Shown here piece after piece: positions 19,237 to 30,876 of a stretch of DNA of 64,000 bases. The stretch's first letter is position 1. Each line of letters opens with the position of its first letter. The DNA comes from a virus (lineage: Duplodnaviria > Caudoviricetes), in the IMG/VR virus record IMGVR_UViG_3300028887_000117, positions 2,497 to 66,496 of that record; one strand, 5' to 3'. A program made the translations under genes and the position numbers. Under the pieces are notes generated by a model. The model was not told the DNA's origin. It did no database searches and saw nothing but the letters and a program-made list of their open reading frames with translations.

Positions 19237-21057
19237 TTGAAAATGGCTAAATTGACTAAATTGGATATAGCAAAAATTATAATTAGTGAGAGAATTTCTA
19301 GCGCAGATTTGGGAATTTTTAATACTCGAAATATAGTCGGGGATCCTATGACAACTGTTTATAGAGGTAATAATTTAACAATAGACATTTGTTATCCTCA
19401 CGCGTATTTTGAAGTTTTTGGACTTAGTGAAAAAGAATTTGAGGAACTTGCAGATTTTTATACAATAAAGAGGGAAGAGTATTTTAAAAGTTTGGGTGAG
19501 GAGGAAGATTGATGCAATATATTAAAGTAACTTACGATGTGCCGCGCTTCGCAAAATTTTGCATAGTTAATTATTATGCCTTTGATGATAAAGTGACAGT
19601 AGATAAGATAAAAGAGTTCCTTAGAGATAAGCAGGACGAGTTTGAGTGTGAAGTTGCAGAGTTTCTTGTAAAAGTGTTCGATTATACTGAACCAGCTGCG
19701 ATATTTGCAGCGAGTGTGAATGTAGATTGGGATTTTATAGATATTAAAAGTGTGCAGCTTTGATAGAGTTGTAGTAAACTTTGAAGGGCGGCGCAAGGTA
19801 AGGAGGAAGAATAATGGAACAGAATATTTCAAAGGAGAATTTTCTTAATGCAATAAATCTTATCTCGGATTTTTGCTTTTGTTCAGAATGTGAAAATTGC
19901 CCGTGTTTCTTTTGTAAGAAATGTATATTAACTGAGCCGCCTATGATGTGGAATACAAAGTTTATTGAGAGAGGCTTTAAGGAGGAAAATAATGTTAACA
20001 CCTGAAGAATTTATAGAAATAATGAAACAGATAAGTCTTTGGTCTTATGAAACAGAATTGACTATTGATGAAAATGAAGATACCTTTTGTCCTTCACATG
20101 AGGTATGTAGTTTAGATAATATAGAAGAAATATTGTTAAAATATACTTCTCATAATGACTAATTTTAAAGCCATAGTTAATTCTATGGCTTTAATTTTAT
20201 TGACTTTTAAAAATTTTTTATATATAATATTTATAGTGAAAAATTTAGAGAACCTATTTAAAAAATCTACTTTTAATTTACAAATGGAGGCGAGGTAAAT
20301 GTATAAGGATTACGATAAGATGACAAAGAAAGAAAAGAAAGCCTATAACAATTCGAAGCGCGGCACTTGGTATGGAGTCAATCCAGTAACAAGAGTTAAT
20401 AAGTCTTATTTAAAATATAAAAAGAAGAAAGCAATGCTTAAAGGAACAGATTAAAAAAAATTGACTTTCTAAGAAATTTTTGATATAATATTTATAGAAA
20501 AAATGAGAGAAAGGAAGGAATGTTAAATGAGTTTTAAAAAATACGATATTGTTAAAATTATCAAACCTTATTGGAGTGATTACCCATCAGACCCGCACAT
20601 TGGTAAAGAAGCTATTATTACCAAAATTTTTGGTGGCAAATATGATTTAACATTTCTTGACGGAAGTGGTAGTTCTGCGTGGTGGGAAGATTATCAGCTT
20701 TCTTTCTTGAGAGAAGGCAATGAAGATACTGTTAAAGCAGCAGAAATTAACTATAATAAAAAGACACAGTTAGCTCAGTCTTGGGATTGGCTTAAAGACC
20801 ATTGGACAGATAATACCATAAGTTCAACGTCAATGTTATTTTTAATGAATGAGATTGGTTATCATTCTGCTTTTGAACGTAATGGAGAATATTTTGTTCT
20901 TTTTATGGAATTTAAGGCACTATATCCTATTTTTGATTGTCTTTTTAAAGGAGAGTTGGATAATGCTTTGTCTATTGCAGATAAAGTTTTTAAACCGAAC
21001 TCTCATAATGAAGCTAAAGAAAATATAATAAAGTGTTATAATAAAATCCATAATTAA
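19237..21057 (+). other. small hypothetical genes (19237..19512, 19509..19763, 19814..20005, ~19992..20162, 20527..21057)
   Basis: ORFs with RBS and repeated promoters. Confidence 0.6.
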
Positions 21058-21076
21058 AAAGAAAGGAGTAATTCAT

Positions 21077-21979
21077 ATGGTACAAAAGAAATATAAAGAT
21101 ATTGAGCGCCTCAAGGACAAGTATGCTGGAGGTTTTACAAAAGGAGAGCATATTACAATAACAGAGAAGATTGACGGCGCTAATGCGTCTATTCGTTGTG
21201 ATGAAGAGGGTAATGTTATTTGTTTCTCTCGTCGTAACGAACTGACACCTTTTAATACGCTTCAGGGTTTTTACGAGTATGTTCAAGCTTGGGATAAAAC
21301 TGGAATTGTTAATACTCTTGGAACTCGCTATATTCTTTTCGGTGAGTGGCTTTGTAAACATACTATTCGTTATCCAGAAGATAGAATGAAGCAGTTCTAT
21401 GTATTTGATGTTTGGGATACAGAGACTGAAGAGTACCTGCCGTGGGAGCGAACAAAGGTTTTTGCAGGAGCACTTGGATTTAAAACTGTTCCATTGTTCT
21501 TTGACGGAGAGTTCACGACTTGGGAAGATGTATATGCTTTTGTTGGTAAGACTGAAATGGATGCCGAGCCTTCTGGAGAAGGAATTGTAGTTAAGTCACA
21601 GGATAGACTTGATAATAAGTCAAGCAGAACTCCAGAGTATGTTAAGATTGTTGCAAAGGAGTTTTCAGAGGTTCATAAGAGCAAAGAGCATAAAGAGATT
21701 GATACTGAAGCTCTTGCGGCAAGAGAAGCTGCAAAGGCTTTGGCTATGACTATTGTAACAGAGAGAAGAGTTGTTAAGGCAATCGAAAAAATGATTGAAG
21801 ATGATATTATTCCTGTTGATTGGGACGAGCATAATCTTGGTGTTATTGCTAAGAATCTTCCTCGTGCAATTTATAATGATTGTGTAAAGGAAGAGCCAGA
21901 AACAGTAGCGCAAATTGAAGATTTTGGAAAGATTTGTGCAGGAATTTCTATGGAGATTGCAAGAGGACTTATAAAATAA
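21077..21979 (+). CDS. Rnl2-like RNA ligase family protein
   Basis: TEKIDGANAS, LFGEW, FYVFDV, EGIVVK motifs. Confidence 0.8.
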   Translation: MVQKKYKDIERLKDKYAGGFTKGEHITITEKIDGANASIRCDEEGNVICFSRRNELTPFNTLQGFYEYVQAWDKTGIVNTLGTRYILFGEWLCKHTIRYPEDRMKQFYVFDVWDTETEEYLPWERTKVFAGALGFKTVPLFFDGEFTTWEDVYAFVGKTEMDAEPSGEGIVVKSQDRLDNKSSRTPEYVKIVAKEFSEVHKSKEHKEIDTEALAAREAAKALAMTIVTERRVVKAIEKMIEDDIIPVDWDEHNLGVIAKNLPRAIYNDCVKEEPETVAQIEDFGKICAGISMEIARGLIK

Positions 21980-22054
21980 TCTTAAAAAAAATTGACTTCT
22001 TAAAAAATTTTTGATATAATATTTATAGAAAAGAAAGAAAAGAGGTCAAAATTT

Positions 22055-22309
22055 ATGAAACCATTTAGAGACATAGAAATAATGCCTGAAATAGTAGAGT
22101 TAAAGTCTATTATCTACAATGATTTAATAGCAAATGCTCCAAAAAGAACAGATGTTCTTGACTATTGGACTAAAGCTAATTATATTGCAGAAAGAACAGG
22201 ATTAAAAATAGACTATAATTTTATTATCGCAATCACTTCTTTAAAGGAAGAGAAAAAAATTCTTATAGAAGAAGATATAGATTACGGTCTTATTATAAAA
22301 GTAAGATAA
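22055..22309 (+). CDS. hypothetical protein
   Basis: ORF after promoter 21992. Confidence 0.55.
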   Translation: MKPFRDIEIMPEIVELKSIIYNDLIANAPKRTDVLDYWTKANYIAERTGLKIDYNFIIAITSLKEEKKILIEEDIDYGLIIKVR

Positions 22310-22325
22310 AGAAAGGATAGATTTT

Positions 22326-22769
22326 ATGTTTGGTTTTAAAAGAGTGGTTAAAATACTTGCACCTAATGTTAAAGTTAAGATAGATACTACTGATTCGACC
22401 AGCTTTGATTTTGCACACAACAAAATTATAATAGGTTATGACTTTAATGATGATGAATTTGGTTTTAACTATCATCTTAAAACTGCTCATAAGTGCAAGT
22501 TTGCTGATAAAATTTCTAATGAGCTGTGGACTATACTTCACGAACTTGGACATTATTATACCAATAGCGGTATAGAAGATGAAGAGCAGGCACAGTTTGT
22601 TAGGTCAATTTGCGCTATACTTGGTGATGATGTAGTTAAGGGCAATAGAGAAGTTCAGGCTATGTACTATAATCTCCCTTCAGAGTGGGCTGCAACTGAA
22701 TGGGCTATTGATTTTGTAAGAAAAAATAAGTGGAAAGTGGTTTTTCTTAATTTCCTTGCAAAGTTTTAA
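22326..22769 (+). CDS. HExxH zincin-like metallopeptidase domain protein
   Basis: TILHELGH and downstream PSEWAA. Confidence 0.65.
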   Translation: MFGFKRVVKILAPNVKVKIDTTDSTSFDFAHNKIIIGYDFNDDEFGFNYHLKTAHKCKFADKISNELWTILHELGHYYTNSGIEDEEQAQFVRSICAILGDDVVKGNREVQAMYYNLPSEWAATEWAIDFVRKNKWKVVFLNFLAKF

Positions 22770-23014
22770 GAAAACCGCACCACTATGGTGTGTGATATAT
22801 AGTCTTCCAAGACAATAAAAGGGTTAAAGTATGAGATTGTTTGAGTATTAAGTTCTTCTCAATACTTTCTAAAACAAGTAGAATGAACTAAATATATCGG
22901 GGTAAGCGAGAGCGACCGATAAATAAATGCTATGCCTCGTACACCACGGCTTCCGTAACCACCGTGGGTTGAAAATAATGGAAGCGGCGGGTGGAGCACG
23001 AGATTACTCCATAT

Positions 23015-23086
23015 GGGAACATAAGTCAATGGTGAGACTGCTACCCTGATAAGGTAGTAATGGTAGTTCGACTCTACCTGTTCCTA
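23015..23086 (+). tRNA. tRNA-Ile(GAT)
   Basis: CTACC-CTGATAA-GGTAG arm. Confidence 0.88.
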
Positions 23087-23219
23087 TTAAATAAAAAAGA
23101 TTATGAGTGGTGCCTCACAGGCACGTTGGTGATTACTGTAAGGAAGCTGAGTCAAGACTAGACTTGTCAGCGCTCGCCATCGCTGTAAGAGCCGCCTTAA
23201 TCATACCTAGTCAGTATAT

Positions 23220-23294
23220 GCGACCATAGCTCAGTGGTGAGAGCACTCGCCTTATAAGCGAGCGATATGAGTTCGACTCTCATTGGTCGTACCA
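23220..23294 (+). tRNA. tRNA-Ile(TAT)
   Basis: CTCGC-CTTATAA-GCGAG arm, CCA. Confidence 0.88.
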
Positions 23295-23392
23295 CGGGCT
23301 GTTGTTTCCCACACGGGTGGGGCGTGTTTGTCAGCCATAAGCTGTCAGAAGAGTTGCGTCGACGCCAGTAATCAAAACAAACACAAATATAT

Positions 23393-23465
23393 GCCTCTAT
23401 AACTCAGTTGGTAGAGTATCACCTTCATAAGGTGCGAGCCGCAGGTTCGACCCCTGCTAGAGGTA
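23393..23465 (+). tRNA. tRNA-Met(CAT) (elongator; Ile2 not excluded)
   Basis: CACC-TTCATAA-GGTG arm. Confidence 0.8.
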
Positions 23466-23638
23466 TTTTTAGCTATGCCGAAGTACAAGGTTACCAATCT
23501 CGGGCAGAACTGCACAGCCTTGATAACAATGGATACGATGTGCTATTACCAGAGTCTATGAGGAGTAGCTACCTCACTAAAGTTGACGAATAAAAAGTAG
23601 ACTGGGGCGTTTAGGACGGAGATTGGATAGCTAAATAT

Positions 23639-23709
23639 GACACAGTAGCCAAGTGGAAAGGCAGGGCGCTGCAACCGCCTGAGCGTAGGTTCGACTCCTA
23701 TCTGTGTCT
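23639..23709 (+). tRNA. tRNA-Cys(GCA)
   Basis: GGGCG-CTGCAAC-CGCCT arm, U73. Confidence 0.88.
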
Positions 23710-23715
23710 TTATAT

Positions 23716-23789
23716 GGGTTCTTGGTGTAATGGTAGCATACTAATCTCCAAAATTAGTGGTATTCGTTTGATTCGAGTAGGACCTGCCA
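23716..23789 (+). tRNA. tRNA-Trp(CCA)
   Basis: CTAAT-CTCCAAA-ATTAG arm, CCA; atypical T-loop TTTGATT. Confidence 0.82.
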
Positions 23790-23793
23790 ATAT

Positions 23794-23864
23794 GCTTCCA
23801 TAGGATAATGGTAGTCTAACGACCTTGTAAGTCGTAGGTGTCTTTTCGAATAAGACTGGAAGCT
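23794..23864 (+). tRNA. tRNA-Thr(TGT)
   Basis: ACGAC-CTTGTAA-GTCGT arm. Confidence 0.85.
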
Positions 23865-23969
23865 TTAAGAGGAATAGTTAAGTAGTCGCGCACTTAATGA
23901 AAAGATGTCTCCCAAACATTTTTCCTCTTTTTATTATTTTGGGAATAAAATACTTGGGAGGTATTTAAT

Positions 23970-24713
23970 ATGATAGGAATTTATAAGATTACAAATAAAG
24001 TAAATGGAAAATGTTATATAGGATAGTCCATTAATATAGCAAGTCGCTGGAAACGCCATAAGAATACTGCATATAATCCAAATGATGAGTCTTATGATAA
24101 TCCTTTATATCAATCTTTTAGAAAGTATGGTATAGAAAATTTTTCATTTGAGATTTTGGAAGAATGTAGTAAAGAATTGTTAAATAGTAAAGAAAGATAT
24201 TGGATACAATATTATAATAGTTATAACAATGGCTACAATCAAACTGACGGAGGGTCAGAGAAGTTTTGGTCGGGAAAACTATCAAAAGAGTAGATTGTTG
24301 AAATATGTGAATTATTAAAAATGGGCAACTTAACTTAGCAAGAAATAGCAAATAAATATAATACATCTTAGCAAATAGTTGATTTAATAAATAGAGGTAT
24401 TTCATATGTTTTAGAAGGATATACTTATCCAATCAGAAGTTATCATAAAAAAATAGCTTATTGCATAGATTGCGGAAAAGAAATATCAAGAAATGCTACT
24501 CGGTGTTCAGTTTGTTCTTCTAAAAATAGAATGACATTTAAAATTTCAAGAGAAGAATTAAAACAATTAATTAGAACAATTCCTTTTATTTAGATAGGAA
24601 AAATGTTTAATGTTTCTGATAATGCTATTCGAAAATGGTGTATTAAATATAATTTACCCAAAACAAAAAAGGAAATAAAATCTTATTCTGATGAAGAATG
24701 GGAAAAGCTTTAA
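23970..24713 (+). CDS. GIY-YIG homing endonuclease, paralog of 3447..4196 (5 in-frame TAG; absent from ORF track)
   Basis: MIGIYKITNKVNGKCYIG*S...VSDNAIRKWC...EEWEKL; one frame to TAA. Confidence 0.9.
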
Positions 24714-24771
24714 AATATTTGACTTTTTTCAGAATTTATGATATAATTATTATAGAAAGTGAGGAAAAGAA

Positions 24772-25953
24772 ATGAAGTTTATTGGTGAATACGATAACGG
24801 TTATTGCGGTAACGGTGATAATGTCTACTTTTTTGAAGCAGACAATATAGATGCTGTATATGCTTATATGGCAGAAGGTCTTTATGAGTGGGCAGAACAA
24901 AATGTTATTGGAGTTGAAGGCTATACCTTTGGAGAAGGCTTTGACTCTAAAGAAGATGAAGATTACTACTTTGATAACTGTGATTACATAGTGTTTGAAG
25001 TAGATGAAGATGAGTTCTTCACTCGCCTTGAAGATGAAGGGTTTGAGAAAGATGATGTAATTAAACTTTAAAAGAATATTTGACTTTTTTTGATTTTTAT
25101 GATATAATAATTATAGTAAAGAAAAGAAAGGAGAAAAATTTATGGAACATATACTTTGGGCAGTTGAATGGGAAGGCGAGTGTCCGCAGGACGTATTCTC
25201 AACCCTTCAGGACGCAGAAGAGTTTGTACTTAAAAGAATTAAAGAAGAAGAGCCAAATGATGAATGTTATGAGCTGGCAGTAAAAGATATAGAAGCATCT
25301 TATAACGAGCAGAGAGGATTTTATATAGACAGTTATGTCTATTGTTATCCTGTAAAACTTCACGACTAAGAAAGGAAGATTATTATGGCAAGAACAGGAA
25401 CTTGTATTTGGGCAGTAGAATGGGTTGACATCTCCGTAGATATAGCTTTTGAAAGCCTTTCTGATGCTTTTGATTATGTAGTAAATGAAACAATAGGAAA
25501 TTCAGAGGAAGAAGCAATTCTTAAAGAACTCAAAGAAAACTTTAGCGAAAAAGGTTTCTGAGCTGAGGATTGGGTTTGGTGTTATCCAATAACCCTTTAT
25601 AAGAAAGGAGAATAATAATGGGATATTACACATATATGAACGCAGAACTTAAAACTGCTCCTGATGGAAAGTGGATTGAAGATACCTCTCCTATTTATAA
25701 GGAAGTTGAAGAATGGTTTACTAAGTGTTTCGAAGATAAAAATGCTCTTGAAACTATCCTTACAGGTGAAAGTCTTAAATGGTATGAAGTTGATCAGGAT
25801 ATGGTAGAGTTTGCAGAGAAATTTCCTGATGTATATTTTATACTTTGGGGAGAGGGAGAAGATAGAGGAGACGATTGGATAATTGAAACTTATCAAGGCG
25901 AATTTCACAAGAGTTATGCAGATTATACGCCTCCGAAAACTTACTTCGAATAA
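24772..25953 (+). other. small acidic hypothetical genes (24772..25071 is on +; 25142..25369, ~25385..25602, 25618..25953)
   Basis: ORFs read on + strand with RBS and repeated promoters. Confidence 0.55.
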
Positions 25954-26227
25954 GTTAAAAATAATTGACTTTTCAAAAAATTTTTAGTATAATATATATA
26001 GAAAAGTTGAGAAAAAGTTTTGCAAGTTTTCTAAGAAACTTTGCTCTGCTACTCGTATGGCGGGATTACGATAGCTGAAATTAAGTCCCGCACTAAATGA
26101 AAACCTAAAAATCGTTAGGTCAGAGAGGAAACACATAGCAAGACCGTGCCAATTTTATTGGGGCTATCGGGGAGCGTTAAGAGTATCAGTCCCGATTTGT
26201 CAAACTCTTAGCTGATGATACTTATTT

Positions 26228-26303
26228 GGGCTTTTAGTTCAGTTGGGAGAACGCATCCCTTGCAAGGATGAGGTCGTCGGTTCGATTCCGACAAGGTCCA
26301 CCA
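26228..26303 (+). tRNA. tRNA-Ala(TGC)
   Basis: G3-U70, CATCC-CTTGCAA-GGATG arm, CCA. Confidence 0.92.
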
Positions 26304-26461
26304 CTTAAACTCCACTAAGGCTTCGGAGTATAAAGATGCCCTTGTCGACAATAATGGATAGCCTATCCAATAAGTCGTATGAAAATGAAATGGCGACTCT
26401 CGGTTCTAAGAGTATAAATAAGACGTGACCTGAGCATTGTCAATAAACTACTCGTTAATTT

Positions 26462-26533
26462 ACCCTTGTAGTTCAATGGAGAGAACAAGCGCCTTCTAAG
26501 CGCTAAACGTGGGTTCGACTCCCGCTGAGGGTA
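26462..26533 (+). tRNA. tRNA-Arg(TCT)
   Basis: AGCGC-CTTCTAA-GCGCT arm. Confidence 0.88.
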
Positions 26534-26539
26534 TTAAAT

Positions 26540-26612
26540 GCGGATATAATTCAACTGGGAGAATACTTGTCTTACACACAAGAGGTTGCAGGTTCGAGTC
26601 CTACTATCCGTA
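26540..26612 (+). tRNA. tRNA-Val(TAC)
   Basis: CTTGT-CTTACAC-ACAAG arm. Confidence 0.9.
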
Positions 26613-26618
26613 CTAAAT

Positions 26619-26692
26619 GCTCCATTAGTTTAATTGGTAAAATAGCAGACTCTTAATCTGTCAGAGTAAGGGTTCGAGTCCCTTATGGAGTA
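26619..26692 (+). tRNA. tRNA-Lys(CTT)
   Basis: GCAGA-CTCTTAA-TCTGT arm. Confidence 0.88.
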
Positions 26693-26716
26693 TCAATAAC
26701 TTAAATAAATTAATAT

Positions 26717-26790
26717 GGGAGATTAGCTCGAAGGTCGAGCAAGCGGCTGTTAACCGCTAGGCGTGGGTTCGATCCCCTCATCTCCCGCCA
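26717..26790 (+). tRNA. tRNA-Asn(GTT)
   Basis: AGCGG-CTGTTAA-CCGCT arm, GCCA end. Confidence 0.9.
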
Positions 26791-27017
26791 GTAGAGGAGT
26801 CAACCTCATTAATAGAACCGTCATTGAGCACTTGACGTTAATATAAGTGTTGTAGGCAAGCTGCTAATCCGATAGAGATTGAATTAACATAGTAAGTGCT
26901 ATCCCCAAGGCTCGAGACGCAAGGGTAGTCTCTCAAAATCGTAAACGCAGTAAAATCCTAGCCGCGGCGGTAACGTTGTCCTCCTATCCGCGCTATAAAT
27001 TTGGGTGGACACTTTAT

Positions 27018-27103
27018 GGGAGAGTATACCGTAACTGGTAGCGGGGCAGACTGTAAATCTGTTGTCTTAGACTCTGAAGGTTCAAGTCCTTCCTCTCCCA
27101 CCA
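27018..27103 (+). tRNA. tRNA-Tyr(GTA)
   Basis: GCAGA-CTGTAAA-TCTGT arm, long variable arm, CCA. Confidence 0.9.
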
Positions 27104-27302
27104 CAAGGGTTTGTTAGCTTTTTTCCAGAAAAACTATCTGACTTTTGATTTGTTCAAGAAGAATAATCAGGTTTTATTTCTTTGACCTACAAAAGGGCGC
27201 TGCTGGAGCGAGAGAAAGCTGCGTTTGGTTGTTTAGGAGAGGGGAAACAGCACTGGCGGCACGGCGTCTGTGAGAGGTACAGCTGGCTTCACCGTGTATT
27301 TT

Positions 27303-27376
27303 GGTTCATTAGTTTAATAGTAAAATATAGCCCTGTCACGGCTAAGTCAGGGGAGCGTAACCCCTATGAACCGCCA
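27303..27376 (+). tRNA. tRNA-Asp(GTC)
   Basis: TAGCC-CTGTCAC-GGCTA arm, GCCA; atypical T-loop AGCGTAA. Confidence 0.85.
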
Positions 27377-27904
27377 TAACGTTCGTGAGTTACTCGTCGA
27401 AAGCTCTCTGTCAAGTATGGATAGTCTGTCCAATAAGACATTAAAATGAAATGACTCCGTTCGCCTTGCTAACGGTTACCCACCAAGGTAAGTCAAGAAT
27501 GGGTAAGCAATCCAATAAGACTTCATAAAATGAAATGCAGGTTAGAAAGTTAAACAGTTATACCTCCTCATCAGAAAAACTAAACTCCTTACCATTTCCA
27601 AAACAAAGCTAAGACTTGACAAGATTTTGTTCGGAGAAAATGGCGGCGGGCTTATCTCGATATGGTAGGCGGTGGCTGTAACCTACTGAAAAGTTGCAGG
27701 GTAGCTGACATAAACCTAGATTATGTTAGGGAGCTGAATAACCCCTTTGAGAAGATTACCCCTCTCATAAGGTTGATTACCATTATTCAATATTGTTGCC
27801 TACCAATGTCCCTATTTGTATAGGGGCATTGTTTATTTTTATTGACTTTTTAAAAAATTTTTGGTATAATATATATAGAAAAGATAAAGAAAGGAAGAAA
27901 ATCT

Positions 27905-28738
27905 ATGAACTTTTTAACTAAACTTGCAACAGAAAATATAGAGAATTATAATCAGTATCTCGATAGAATGACAGTTTCGACAGAGGTATCGACAAAGAAG
28001 AATATTCCTTTCTATGTAAAGGGAGATAAAATTCTTGATGTTGGGTGCGGCAGTGGAGTAATGCTTGAAAAGTTAAGAGAACTTTATGGTAAGAAAGAGA
28101 TAGTTGGTCTTGAGATTAACAAATATGCCGCAGATATTTGTAGAAGGAAAGGCTTTAGAGTTATTGAAAAGCCTATTGAAGAAATTAATGAGAAATTTGA
28201 TACAATTATTTTCTCGTCGGTTCTTCACGAAATAGCTTCGTATAATGATAATAAAGATAAGTATGAGATAATTAAGAATGTACTTAATGCGGCATATGAT
28301 AGACTTACTGCTGGCGGAAGAATTATTATTCGTGACGGAGTTGAAGCAGGCGTTTATGGTATAAATGTTGAATTTAAGAATAAAGAGGTAGTTAAGGATT
28401 ATTTTAAATATTGTGAAGATATTGGATACAACAATCCTTTTACAAGACAGACTGTTATGGGCAATACTGTATTAGATTTTGCACCAGTAATTAAAGAGTT
28501 CTGCTTTACATATACTTGGGGCAAAGATAGCTATGCAAGAGAAGTAAAAGAAAGATTTGGTATTCTTACTGCTGATGAGTGGTACAGAGTTGTAGATAAT
28601 CTGTATCGTATAAAATACTTTGAAACGAATAAGGAACAGTATTTGGATTATATAAAAAAATTTTGTGTGATTGACAATAATTTAGAGAAAATGTTTGAAG
28701 ATGCTACTGTTTTTATAGTAGCTGAAAGATTATGGTAA
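27905..28738 (+). CDS. class I SAM-dependent methyltransferase
   Basis: ILDVGCGSG, VGLEIN, FSSVLHE, GGRIIIRD motifs. Confidence 0.85.
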   Translation: MNFLTKLATENIENYNQYLDRMTVSTEVSTKKNIPFYVKGDKILDVGCGSGVMLEKLRELYGKKEIVGLEINKYAADICRRKGFRVIEKPIEEINEKFDTIIFSSVLHEIASYNDNKDKYEIIKNVLNAAYDRLTAGGRIIIRDGVEAGVYGINVEFKNKEVVKDYFKYCEDIGYNNPFTRQTVMGNTVLDFAPVIKEFCFTYTWGKDSYAREVKERFGILTADEWYRVVDNLYRIKYFETNKEQYLDYIKKFCVIDNNLEKMFEDATVFIVAERLW

Positions 28739-30730
28739 AGGAGTTTAAAATGACGGATTATGAAATGTATCGTGGTGGTATGATACAATGTATGTATGCT
28801 TGGGAAAATCTTGGTTGGGGTGAAACACCTGACGGATTTTATGTATATGGAACACAGAAGGGAATTGAAGACCAAATGATGTTTGATAAAAACGGAGATT
28901 TGGTTTATCACTTTGTAAATGGCGTAGAATATGTAGGATATGACGAGTATTTTTATAAAGAGGAAGATTAACTATGTATATGATATGGGATTTTTATCAC
29001 GGTGAGTCGCGGCTCATCGGTCAGACAGAAGATAAGCTTGAGGTTCAGGAGATAATTGATACCTATATGAAAGATAATTATGAATATGATATAGAAGTTA
29101 CTTGTAATGGTCTCTTTGTTACAGGTCAATTTTATCTTGCACCGTGGTATGAACTTTCTGAAGATAATGACTGTTAAGATAGGAGATAATTATGTATAAA
29201 GTTGAATTTGAAAATATGAATGGAGTTCGTAGAGAAATAGGCAGGGCGGCTCAACGTGAGGAAGCATTTAAGATAATCAACAGTTTCCTTGATGACCATA
29301 ACTATAAGTCCTATTACTTTAGAACTTGGAATACAAAGGATAATGAAGAGAAGATTGATGTAGGCAGTTGGAGTGAATTTTTTTATATTGTGGAGGAAGA
29401 GTAATGAGAAGCAGAACTATGTTAATAAAAAGGCAATTCAAATTAAATGAAGATAAGAAATTTGCAGATGAGCAGGCACTTAGTCATAAAAGAATATATG
29501 AAAAGTTTAAATCAATTTCAGATAACTGCGAGAAAGAAATAGCGCAAATTGATAAAGAATTAAAAGAAATAGAACAAGATAGAGTTGAACATTTTGCTCT
29601 TTGCTCTATTGATAATGCGATAAAACAGTTAAGCGATTATTGTCAAAATCAAGCAAAAGGTAATTGTGAAAAGTGTAAAATTCAGAAATATTGCTTAGAT
29701 TATACTATATGTGATTGGGACAATGTCAGATAAAATGGAGGTCAATTAAATGGAAAAAGATTTTAGTATCCATATAAAACAAATTAACAGTAAATCCGAC
29801 GACTATATGGAAGAGGTTTTGGAAAATATAAAGGAAATGACAAGTCACTATTATTGTATCCAAGAACCATTTCGGTCTTGGGTTGATGCAGTAATAGATA
29901 CTGATACTTTTGATGTAGATGAAGAAATAAATCTTCTTTCTCGTCATTATCCAAATTATGCGTTTAAGGTTACCACTTATGATAATGAAATTGAACAGGA
30001 TAGAACAACTTATACCTTCAATGGAAAAAGTGTTCAGTTTACTCCTGTTGTTAAATCTGCAGAGGAAGTGGCACAAGAAATGTTCCCAACAATTAATACT
30101 ATCTTTGATAGTTATAATTATATAGAAGTAGATACTATATTTCACTAAGGAGGAGTTATTTTCTAATGGGTAACTACAAACAGAAGAGAAAACCAGTCGA
30201 TCCCGTCGAGCAATTTCTTGCTAATCTTGAAGCGGAACAGCGTCAGCAAGAGGGGAATAGGAGAAAGAAAAGGAGAAACGATAAGAAACGCTATAAGAAC
30301 AAGAAAGATTATGATGACTATTGGGAATAAGTTAAAATTTAAAACCAATTAACATAAAGTTTAAAATTTATTAAGAAAAAATTACTTGATTTTTTTTCAA
30401 AAATATGATATAATATATATAGAAAAGTTAAGAAAAAATATTTTTGAAAGGAGAATTGCTGTGAAAGTTTATGTTGTTACAAGAACTTTTAAACACGATG
30501 CACCTGATATTCTTTTATATGAAAAATATCTTGATGCGTTTGGTAAGTTCAATGAGTTTCTTGGGGAATATATCACTACTGATGTTGAGGACGAGGGTCT
30601 GAAACCAGAAGAGAGTGCAAGAAATCTTACTTTTGAACACCTTGATAGCAAAGACGAATTTGGAAATCCTCTTCCGATTTGCTATGATGACAATGTAGAA
30701 TGGTACATTGATTATATGGAAATCAAATAA
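28732..30730 (+). other. run of small hypothetical genes (28732, 28974, 29192, 29404, 29750 read on +, ~30166, ~30461)
   Basis: coupled ORFs with AGGAG RBS. Confidence 0.6.
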
Positions 30731-30798
30731 CAGCATTGACTGCGGCAGTAGTTTCAGTCTTGTAAGGCTGTTGGCGGCTCGGAAAGACGAGCAAATAT

Positions 30799-30870
30799 GC
30801 CGCCGTAGCTCAACGGATAGAGCAACTGCCTTCTAAGCGGTAGATAAGGTTTCGATTACCTTCGGTGGTT
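30799..30870 (+). tRNA. tRNA-Arg(TCT), second copy
   Basis: ACTGC-CTTCTAA-GCGGT arm. Confidence 0.82.
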
Positions 30871-30876
30871 TTATTT

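Noticed and set aside
26212-26218. CTGATGA as a hammerhead ribozyme core
   Set aside because: No stem II/GAAA/stem III arrangement follows
26396-26424. preQ1-I riboswitch
   Set aside because: Similar pseudoknot size and GGTTCTA loop, but stem and tail differ from the consensus and no que gene or expression platform follows
26490-26502. CTA within the loops of the tRNAs at 26462 and 30799 as a TAG suppressor anticodon
   Set aside because: The 7-nt loop is CT-TCT-AA, so the centred anticodon is TCT (Arg); CTA is off-register
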